64,000 nt of DNA, from NCBI GenBank assembly GCA_039714075.1, contig JBDLKA010000003.1, positions 29,417-93,416 of the forward strand, in the 5' to 3' direction. This stretch comes from Candidatus Krumholzibacteriota bacterium (lineage in GTDB: Bacteria; Krumholzibacteriota; Krumholzibacteriia; LZORAL124-64-63). Both the position numbers and the translations under genes were made by a program. The notes beneath the pieces are model-generated. The model was given only the letters and a program-made list of their open reading frames with translations. It was not told the DNA's origin and did not search any database. Numbering within the stretch: the first letter of the stretch is position 1; each line of letters opens with the position of its first letter. Of the stretch, positions 28,108 through 36,300 are shown one piece after another.

Positions 28108-28896
28108 TTATCCGGACAGAATCACCAGCACCGCGACTCCCAGCAGCAGGCAGTAGATGCTGAATTTCCAGAAGTGGGCCTGCACCACGGCCAGGGCGGT
28201 CCACCGAATGGCCGCCAGTCCCACGCCGAAAGCGACCAGCCCCGCCAGGACCAGCCGGACCCATTCAGCCATTCCATTTGAATTCCCGTCCATCAATTGC
28301 AGCGCCAGGGCGCCGCCCACCGCCGGGATGGAGAGCAGGAAACTGAACCGGGCGGCTTCGGCCCGTGGCAACCCCGCCCACAGAGCCGCGGCAATGGTGG
28401 TCCCGGAGCGGCTGATTCCCGGCAGAATCGCGAAAACCTGGGCGAAGCCGATGAAAAAAGCGCGCCCGACAGAGGGCGCGCGGGGTTCCCAGGGATCCGC
28501 CAGGGGGTGGTCCGCGGCGGCAAAGCGTGTGGAAAAAAGGATCCCCGCGGTGAACACCAGGCCGCCGGCGGCAAACAGGGGGCTGTGAAAAAGGTCTTCG
28601 ATCTGGGATCTGAACAAAAGCCCGACCACCACGGCCGGCAGGGTTCCGGCGGCCAGGCTCATCTGGTAGCGGCGGGCCTCCCGGTCGAAGGCCAACAGGC
28701 GCCGGACCTCGCGCCGGTAGACCACCAGAATGGAACCCAGGGTTCCGACATGGAGGATGATGTCGAAAAACACATCCCCTTCCCGCGTTCCCAGGAAAGT
28801 CTGAAACAGGACCAGGTGCCCCGAACTGCTGACGGGCAGGAACTCGGTCAGCCCCTGGACGACCGCCAGCAGGATCATGTTCAGAAACTCAACCAC
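28108..28896 (-). CDS. uppP: Undecaprenyl-diphosphate phosphatase
   Basis: QGLTEFLPVSSSGHL, PGISRSGTT, AARFSFLLSIP. Start uncertain (28911/28896/28878). Confidence 0.93.
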   Translation of the reverse strand: MVEFLNMILLAVVQGLTEFLPVSSSGHLVLFQTFLGTREGDVFFDIILHVGTLGSILVVYRREVRRLLAFDREARRYQMSLAAGTLPAVVVGLLFRSQIEDLFHSPLFAAGGLVFTAGILFSTRFAAADHPLADPWEPRAPSVGRAFFIGFAQVFAILPGISRSGTTIAAALWAGLPRAEAARFSFLLSIPAVGGALALQLMDGNSNGMAEWVRLVLAGLVAFGVGLAAIRWTALAVVQAHFWKFSIYCLLLGVAVLVILSG

Positions 28897-28964
28897 CGTG
28901 GCAAACCTCACTGTCGTGCGACCCGCACCAGGGCCTCAAGTTACTTGGCTGACTGCGTATCGGC

Positions 28965-29840
28965 CTAGGGATGACCGCCCGATTTGCGGGCTGCCCGGGC
29001 CTGACTGTAATGCAGTCGGGCCTCCTGAGGCATACCCAGGGCGTCACAGGTCAGGGCGATCTGGTAGTGGGTGCGGCCGTCCTCGGGGAAAAATTCCAGC
29101 GCGTTCTCGAGACTGGCCCGCGCTTCCTCGTATCGCTCCATCTTGTGGAGACAGGTCCCCCGGTAGTAGGGAATGCGCGCCAGGCGGGAATCCAGTTTCC
29201 AGGCCAGGTCGAAGCGAAGGCAGGCATCCTGGTAGATACCGCTCTTCATCAGGCAAAGGGCCGCATAGTAATGTCCCAGGGCAAAACCCGGATCACATTC
29301 AACACTCCGCTCGAAACAGTCCAGGGCCCGCACGAAATCCTCGCGGGCATAGTGGACAAGCCCCAGATTCTGGTAACCTTCGGCATCCTGCTCGAGGGCC
29401 AGGGCGGATTCGAAGGCCCGGATGGCCTCGTCGCTGCGCCCCTCCTCCGCATAAATGGCGCCCAGGTTGTGGAAGGCCACCGGACCGGCGCCCTCCTGAT
29501 GGGTGGACTTCCGGTAGGCCCGAACGGCCTCGTCGCGGCGTCCCTGGCGGTCCAGACACACCCCGAGGTTTGTCAGGTAGGATGGGGTGCCCGGTTCGAG
29601 TTCCAGGGCCCTGCTGAAGCAATGCTCCGCCCGCTCGGGAAGGCCGAGTTTCATGAAAACGCAGCCCAGGCGGTAATGCCAGGGATGCTGGTCCGGCGAG
29701 GAGGCAAGGGCCATCTCGTAGGCCTGCCGTGCTTTCTCAAGCTCGCCGTCCATCTCGGCCTGACGCCCGGACTTGAAAAGCCCGGCACTCGTCGGAGAAG
29801 CGTCATTGTGCGGTGTTGATTCCGGTGCTGGTTGACTCAT
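28965..29840 (-). CDS. Cytoplasmic TPR-repeat protein
   Basis: About eight TPR-like units (YLTNLG..., AFHNLG..., GYQNLG...). Confidence 0.85.
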   Translation of the reverse strand: MSQPAPESTPHNDASPTSAGLFKSGRQAEMDGELEKARQAYEMALASSPDQHPWHYRLGCVFMKLGLPERAEHCFSRALELEPGTPSYLTNLGVCLDRQGRRDEAVRAYRKSTHQEGAGPVAFHNLGAIYAEEGRSDEAIRAFESALALEQDAEGYQNLGLVHYAREDFVRALDCFERSVECDPGFALGHYYAALCLMKSGIYQDACLRFDLAWKLDSRLARIPYYRGTCLHKMERYEEARASLENALEFFPEDGRTHYQIALTCDALGMPQEARLHYSQARAARKSGGHP

Positions 29841-29846
29841 GCGGGG

Positions 29847-29875
29847 AATCTACCCCAGATAACACCCGGGGTCAA
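29847..29875 (-). promoter_or_regulatory. Sigma70-type promoter, probably giving a leaderless TPR-gene mRNA
   Basis: TTGACC-N17-TAGATT-N6-ATG; no SD. Confidence 0.65.
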
Positions 29876-29912
29876 CTTCGGGGATGATTCGGGGACGAGA
29901 CTGAAGCCTCAC

Positions 29913-30761
29913 TCAAAAGGGGGAGTTGTCGTCGATTTCGACTTCCAGAAGGATATTGATCGGGCCTTCCCCGGTCAGCAACCGCCTGGGAATCTTGACG
30001 GGGACAACCACCGGCGGCCGCAATTCCTCGAAAATGGCGTCCGTCAAGGCCTTGGTGGACTCCCCTATTTCCGAACCGGGAATGGGTGGACCGTAGTCGA
30101 TCCCCAAACCGCTCGCTTCGATCTTTTCGGCTTCAGGTGCGGATTTGCTCTCCGCCACAACGGGAGAGGGGAAACTTTTCCCCTTCGCGCCGGACCGGGG
30201 TTTCTGGTTGAGCTGATTGACCGTAAGACCCAGGATTGATTTCAGGGTTTCCCGGACGCCCTCGCCCTTGCCGGCATTGGCGGGAAAGGAAAGAAGTCCC
30301 CAGGGGTTGAGCAGGCTTTCCATGCGATCGACCGGAAGTATCTCCGCCTGGTCGCGGCCGTTGTACTGGATGACGACCGGGACCTCGGTCAGGTCCAGTT
30401 CGAAGGATTCCAGGTAGCTTTTCAGGGACTCGAAAGCCGCCAGGCTCTGGTCCAGCTGTTCCAGCTTGGAATCGATCACGAAAACGATTCCGTCGAAGGG
30501 AGCCTCATCGGGCATACCGGCGGCGTCGTGGCTTTCTTCGCCCGCGTCCACGGCCTGCACCCGAACCTGCCAGGTGCCGTCATCGCCCTGGTTGACCCGG
30601 AAAGCTATTTGACGCTCGGGATCCCCGCAGTCCTGCATCAGGACCTGCTCGGGCGGAATGGAGTGATGGATAAAGCGCAGATTGGCCCGCTTCCCCGAAC
30701 CGGCGGGACCGTAGTAGAGCAGGCGGCAGGTCTTCTGCGAAGTCATCATTTCTTCAGCCAA
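29913..30761 (-). CDS. MglA-like small GTPase-fold protein with degenerate G motifs and C-terminal extension
   Basis: CRLLYYGPAGSGKRANL, DGIVFVIDS, PVVIQYNGRD and ANAGKGEGVRETLK are collinear with MglA motifs. Confidence 0.8.
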   Translation of the reverse strand: MAEEMMTSQKTCRLLYYGPAGSGKRANLRFIHHSIPPEQVLMQDCGDPERQIAFRVNQGDDGTWQVRVQAVDAGEESHDAAGMPDEAPFDGIVFVIDSKLEQLDQSLAAFESLKSYLESFELDLTEVPVVIQYNGRDQAEILPVDRMESLLNPWGLLSFPANAGKGEGVRETLKSILGLTVNQLNQKPRSGAKGKSFPSPVVAESKSAPEAEKIEASGLGIDYGPPIPGSEIGESTKALTDAIFEELRPPVVVPVKIPRRLLTGEGPINILLEVEIDDNSPF

Positions 30762-30826
30762 GGCGGTTTCCTTTGCATGTTTGCACCATGTGCGGATCTT
30801 TCCGCAGAGAGTCCATGTCCGGAATA

Positions 30827-30842
30827 TGCAAGGCCTGTGCCA
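30827..30842 (-). promoter_or_regulatory. Sigma54 -24/-12 promoter for the MglA-like gene
   Basis: TGGCACAGGCCTTGCA, exact match to TGGCACRNNNNTTGCW. Confidence 0.8.
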
Positions 30843-30897
30843 CCAAACCCTGTCCCAAAACCCGGATTTTTGCCCAAATCCGCCATTTGGCTAAAGT

Positions 30898-30913
30898 AGG
30901 CAAGCAAATTGCA
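30898..30913 (+). promoter_or_regulatory. Probable sigma54 promoter for the divergent hypothetical gene
   Basis: AGGCAAGCAAATTGCA: GG-N10-GC, 2 mismatches to consensus. Confidence 0.55.
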
Positions 30914-31009
30914 TTACGATCGCGGACAGAGGGATGAATCACGCACGGTGGACCGTTTCGAGTTCCATCGGGGCATTTCAAGGAAAGATCCGCAACAGAA
31001 AGTGGCCAG

Positions 31010-31450
31010 ATGACCACCAACACCGACAAAATCCTGAAGACCATGTTCGGCCGCCTGCTTCAAATCGAGGTTGAGGAAGACATCATCAACAAGCTTTGTG
31101 CCGTCATCGACAGCGTGACCGACAGGGTCGGGGGAAATTTCGATTTGGACACCGTCCAGGGCCAGAACACTTTTCGCGCCCTCCTGTGTTCGATGGTGGT
31201 CCACGGCTGGGGCAACGGGATGCATCCGTACCACAATCCCGGAGCCAACCAGGACGGTCAAGCCGTCGAGGTCCGGGTGAGCAAGGATATCCTGATGTCC
31301 ATGGAAGACCTCCAGTCTCTCCGTTACGTCAAGAAGGACAACCAGGGCCGGGTGAAACAGGCCCTGTTCGAGCCGGACCATAATGTGCGGGTCCGGCAGC
31401 AGATCGACGAGATCCTGGGTGAAATCAGCCGCAACAAGGGAAAAAGCTAA
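31010..31450 (+). CDS. Hypothetical soluble protein, 146 aa
   Basis: Host-like GC3-rich codon usage, fills the gap between promoter and terminator; no motif recognised. Confidence 0.75.
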   Translation: MTTNTDKILKTMFGRLLQIEVEEDIINKLCAVIDSVTDRVGGNFDLDTVQGQNTFRALLCSMVVHGWGNGMHPYHNPGANQDGQAVEVRVSKDILMSMEDLQSLRYVKKDNQGRVKQALFEPDHNVRVRQQIDEILGEISRNKGKS

Positions 31451-31500
31451 CCCCTCTCGGAAAACGGCGACCGGGCGCTTCCCGACCATCGGCCCATGAG

Positions 31501-31543
31501 AAAAAGCGCGGCTCCGATAATTTCGGAGCCGCGCTTTCTTTTT
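31501..31543. terminator. Bidirectional intrinsic terminator
   Basis: AAAAAGCGCGGCTCCGA-TAATT-TCGGAGCCGCGCTTTCTTTTT. Confidence 0.85.
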
Positions 31544-31559
31544 TGGTCGACCGGGGAGA

Positions 31560-32231
31560 TCAGAAGATGTTTTCCCCATCGGCCAGGATTTCGTTCAAGG
31601 CATCCCGGAAGTGGTTGTTGCTGTTGGCCACCTCGGGAGTCACCTTCTCCTTGTACAGTTCCCAGGACTTCTTGATTTCGGCGCCCAGGGCCTCCAGGAG
31701 GTTGCCGTCCGCCTTGGCCTGGTCGTAGAGATCACGGTTGTAGACCATGATGTCGGAAACCAGGGCACGGGCCAGCATTTCTTCCTTGCTGCGCCGGCGC
31801 CGGGAAGACCTTTCCACGGGACGATCCATCACCGCAACCTCGGCGGCCGGTTCGCCGGCATGGGCCGACGGCGCGGATGAAGCAGCTTGCGGTTCCACCG
31901 TCGCGGTGGCGGGACTGGTCACGGGTTCGTCTGCCGGCGGCGTTTCGCTGGCCACGGGCTCTTCGGCGACCGGCTCCTGGGCGACCGGGTCCTGGGCGAC
32001 CGGCTCCTGGGCGACCGGGGTTTCGGCAGCGGCAGGTTGCGTGTACTCGTCATACCCCTCCTGAACCGCCAAGGGCTGGTCCTGGACTTCGGGGGTTTCT
32101 TTCTGGGCCTGGCTGCCGTCAAGGCTGAACACGCCGCCACAGGCAGGGCAACGGACCTTGATCATCCGCGGGGGAATTTTGGTAGCATCCAGCTGGTATC
32201 GAGCCTGACATTCGGTGCAGGTAGTGATCAT
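31560..32231 (-). CDS. MJ0042-type zinc-ribbon protein with acidic Pro/Ala linker and helical C-terminal domain
   Basis: MITTCTECQARYQL...KVRCPACGGVF; PVAQE repeats. Start ATG 32231 with AGGAGG. Confidence 0.85.
   Translation of the reverse strand: MITTCTECQARYQLDATKIPPRMIKVRCPACGGVFSLDGSQAQKETPEVQDQPLAVQEGYDEYTQPAAAETPVAQEPVAQDPVAQEPVAEEPVASETPPADEPVTSPATATVEPQAASSAPSAHAGEPAAEVAVMDRPVERSSRRRRSKEEMLARALVSDIMVYNRDLYDQAKADGNLLEALGAEIKKSWELYKEKVTPEVANSNNHFRDALNEILADGENIF
31965..32019. repeat. 15-bp coding tandem repeat (PVAQE/D), about 4 copies
   Basis: GGCGACCGG(C/G)TCCTG units. Confidence 0.75.
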
Positions 32232-32283
32232 TACCCCGCTCCTCCTAGAATTCCGGGAAAAACACAAATCCAATCTGGATATT

Positions 32284-32310
32284 TCATCGGCAGCCGCTGC
32301 CGGCAATTTA
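32284..32310 (-). promoter_or_regulatory. Sigma28-type promoter for the zinc-ribbon gene
   Basis: TAAA-N15-GCCGATGA, 1 mismatch to consensus. Confidence 0.7.
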
Positions 32311-32343
32311 GCACCGATTGCTGCTATTTTCCCGAATCCTGCT

Positions 32344-33300
32344 TCAGGGGTTGTAGATGAGGTCCATTACCAAACGTCCCACCTGGGCCAGACTCGCACC
32401 GGAACAGATAGCGGGCGTATCGGCGGTGGTGTGCCACTGGGGGAAGTCGAAATCGATCAGATCCACGGCCGGAATCCCCTGTTGCAGGAACGGCACGTGG
32501 TCGTCGAAGACCCCCGGCCCCCGTTCCGGCACGAAGGCCGCCAGGCCCAGTTTTTCCGCCCGCTCGAAGATGGCCGCCGTCCACGCCGGGGCGTTCACCA
32601 TGGAGAAGCCTTCCATGGGGATCTGCAGGTTTTTCTCACCGACCATGTCCAGGATGACCACCCCCCGGGGGGTCCCGCGGGCAAGGGGATTGCCGAAATC
32701 CCGGCAGGTCTCCGCTAGGCGCCGGCTGCCCAGGCAGAACCCATCCGAACTTCCCGCGAGTCCCGAATCCTCGCCGTCCAGAAACATCAGGTCGACCCCC
32801 TGGGGCGGAGGGTTGTCGGCCAGGATTTCCATCAGGTGCAGGAGGACGGCGACCCCGCTGGCACCGTCATTGGCCCCGGCCAGCGGTGTGGACCGAAGTT
32901 CGGGATCATCATCGTGGTCGCTTATGGGCCGCGTGTCGTAGTGGGCGCCCAACCAGAGCCGCTGCCCCCCTGTCGGACCGGCGGAAACAACCACATTGCA
33001 AAGCCGGACAGCCTCACCCGACAACGGGTCGACGGCATCAAAACAGAGGGTGTTGACTTCCAGGCCGCCGCTGCGGGCCGTCTCCACGATCATTTCACGC
33101 AGCTGGCGGTTTCCCACCGACCCCGGAGTCCGGGGCCCCAGATCGCACTGGGCGATGAGCAGTTCCATGGCCCGGTCGCCGGAAAATTCCGCCGGCACCC
33201 CGCTCTCTTCACACAAGGACGCGGAATTCCCGAACAGCCCCAGCAGGCAGACGGCAACACAAAGGTGCCATCGGGATAAATTCAGCCCGCCGCCGGGCAT
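32344..33300 (-). CDS. Secreted M28 family peptidase / glutaminyl cyclase-like protein
   Basis: GPRTPGS, GAHYDTRP, GANDGASG, DGED, LDMVG, DDHVPF, WHT. Start approximate. Confidence 0.88.
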   Translation of the reverse strand: MPGGGLNLSRWHLCVAVCLLGLFGNSASLCEESGVPAEFSGDRAMELLIAQCDLGPRTPGSVGNRQLREMIVETARSGGLEVNTLCFDAVDPLSGEAVRLCNVVVSAGPTGGQRLWLGAHYDTRPISDHDDDPELRSTPLAGANDGASGVAVLLHLMEILADNPPPQGVDLMFLDGEDSGLAGSSDGFCLGSRRLAETCRDFGNPLARGTPRGVVILDMVGEKNLQIPMEGFSMVNAPAWTAAIFERAEKLGLAAFVPERGPGVFDDHVPFLQQGIPAVDLIDFDFPQWHTTADTPAICSGASLAQVGRLVMDLIYNP

Positions 33301-33313
33301 GTCACGCCGCAAG

Positions 33314-36300
33314 CTAGAAAACAAAGGTGGCCTCCAGTCCCAGCCCCAGGGTGGTGGTCGTCTGTCCCGAAGCGATGTTCTTGCTCTTGCTGAAAACAAA
33401 CCGCACGGCTCCGCTGAGGTTCCTGGTAATCTGGTAGCTGAACCGCGGGTTCAGGCTGTACCTGTCCGTTCCGGTGGGCTTGGAAGCCCGGCCGCCCGGG
33501 TTTTCACGTTCCAGCCGGTCCTTTTGATAGGAAAGATCCACATCCATGGTAACGCTCTGACTACTGCCCGGCCGGTAGAGGCCCATTTTCGCCAGGAAGG
33601 TCTGGGCATTGAAGGAGTGACGCAACTGCAATCCCAACCTCATTTTATTATTGAGGGAGGTAACACCGTTGTTGATGGATTCGATGGTATTGAGATTGGC
33701 ATTGAGGGTCGCCGTCATGCCGCTGTGGAAATTCAGGGTCCAGCGCGGAGTCAAGGAGCGCGTGACGTTGGGATTGTAGGTACGATCGGTAATGTTGTTG
33801 ACGGTCTTGCTGCGCTTGTAGCTGATGTTGAAGTTCGACGAACGGAACCAACCGGAATCCAGTTCATCCTTGTTGCCGCCGAATATCTTCCATTTTTCGA
33901 TTCCCGACAGGGACAGCTGGGCATCCGGCCAGTCCTGTTTGTAGCTCCGGACCACCGACCCCACCTGGTCCCTCCGCGTGTGGCTGTCGCCGAATTTCAC
34001 ATCAAGGGCGATGTCCTTGGTCACCCGGGTATTGGAGGACAAGGTCAGATTCGTGCGGTGGTCCGTCGCATAGGAGGAAAAGAGCGTATCCGGAATGTCC
34101 AGTTCGTTCACCAACCCGGTTTGGTACCAGAACGGGGCCGTGTCCAGCAACCGGGCATAGGAACTCGAGTTCTGGTCCGTGTAAACGACCTTGATCGGCG
34201 TCGTGTTGCGCAGCGTGTTCAGCAAAGGCTTGAAGATCAGCAACGGATCCAGGCCACCCCCCTCGCCGGTATCCTGGGGCTCTTCATCCTTGACCAGACC
34301 CAGATCCCTGTCCCTTTCCATCTGGGCTTCCGCCTCGGCCAACAAGCGTTCCTCATCCCGGCGCTGGATCTCCTCCGGTGTCAAATCCTCAAGGTCCTCA
34401 GGCCGTTCTCCAGAACCCGTCGGGGGTTTCCCGGCATCCGGCTGGTCCGGTGTCTGGACGGAATCTTCCTGCCGACCGGCCGCGCGTTGGTTCTGCCTTT
34501 CCAGGCTTCTCTGTTCCGAGATCATGCGGTCCCGCTCTGCCTGGGAATACTTCTTCTCCGGAATCAACGCCGTGAATGCTTCGCCTACGGGCACATCGAG
34601 ACGGAACTCCCAGCGCCCCGAATTGCTGATGCTGCGGATGGAATCAGGATCACCCGGCTGGCGCTGGCCCGGGTCATGGGCGTCGGCAAAAGTCCCGTTG
34701 AACTGGATGCTGGGCCGTAATTTGGACAGACCCCTGACAGCCGTGCGCAAAGGAGCCATCAATGGCCCTTCGGGCAGGTCCTTGGCACGGGGAACCAAGA
34801 CCGTCATGCGCAGGCCGTAGGACCGCCTGTTCTCCTGCCCGATATTGATGCCTCCAAGAATCTGCTCCCGCAGCAAGTCCCGGTCCGAGGCGGCCGTCAC
34901 GCTCAGATCCAACAGGGATATTGGCTTGTAGTCGAAGCTGCCGGTCAGTTTCGCGGGACGTGTGCGACCCACCGGCCGCGGGGTGACCACTCCGTTATCG
35001 TTGATGGTGACCGTCGAATTGTAGGTGCTGGTAAAACTCCCGGCGAACGCCAATTTGCTGGGCACGATGGACAGCCCTTTGACGATGGGGATGTACTTCA
35101 GCAAGGGATAGTCACCGAGTTTGTAGTTCCCCGCAATTCTCAGATCGTAATTCAAGGCCCCCTGAAGACTCTTATCCCGGCGTCTTTCCAGAGGCCCGTC
35201 CAGGCTGCGGCGCGAGCCGCTGACCTGCAGCGACCAGGGGTCGACAAGATACCGGGGCAGGGCGCCCTTGGAAGGACCGTGGCTCAGCCGGGAGGAGAAA
35301 CGTTCCTGGGTGTCGATGGTCGAAAGTGCGTTTTTGACATCTTCTTCGATGATTTCAATATCGCTGTGGGTTTCGTATTTGGGCCGGTTGATCGCCTGGC
35401 GACGGCTTCCGGTCAGAGGCAGCCGGAACCCCAACAGGGGGATGAAATCCTCCACCGCCAGGTTGGTCGCCACGTTCCAGTCCTGGGCATCCACACCCGT
35501 CCCCGCCGTCGAGCTGAGTCCGTGAAACTCGTCGTCCGTATGTTTCCAGTCGAAATCGACCTTGATCACGTCGGCCATGTTCAGGCGCACACCGGCCCTC
35601 TGGGCCAGCCCCATGTCCCTCTTGACACCTTCGAGGAGGACGTCGTTGAGATAGAAATAGCCCGAGGCTTCCTGGCTCAGCCCGTTGTTCATGAACCCGA
35701 AATAGTACCGTTTGACCAGGCGCAGATCGGGCCGGCCGACCACGCGCACCCGGTACGCCTCTCCGCTGCGGCGGTCATGCACGGTGGAGTGGATATGACC
35801 GTTTTCGTCGATGGTCCCGTTCTTGGCGTTCGACAGTTCGGCGATGTTGATGTTCATGAAGTGCCAGCCGGTCTTGACGGCGGAATCGCTGAACCTGTGG
35901 GTCACCTCGTAGTAGTTGAGGGTGTCGGCGCCGACGCGGAAGAACAGGTCGAGGTCGGCGGTGGTGTGGCTGGGATTGTACCAGTACCAGGACAGGTCGC
36001 TGTAGCGGGTGTAGTCGTCGCCGCGGGCGGAAACCTGCTTGCTGGCCCGCACCATGTGCCCCTGCTCGATGTTCTGGAAATTCAGGACGAGGGCCTGCTC
36101 CTTTTCGGGAATGCTGTTTTCCTCGTGGACCGGGAAAGGCGAGCGGTAGTCCGGGTTCTCCTTGTTGTTCACCTCCCCGAGGAAATACTCCTCCCCCGGC
36201 AACAGTTCGGCCGGCGTGAGAAGTTTTTCGCCGTCGGTCCGGCGGATCCCCTCCCGCTCCCAGCGGCTGCCCAGGAACTTGAGTTCGGAAAGCTGAAGGG

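Noticed and set aside
28957..28990. GCCGATAC upstream of uppP as a fourth sigma28 promoter
   Set aside because: No TAAA/TCAA at the 15-nt spacing.
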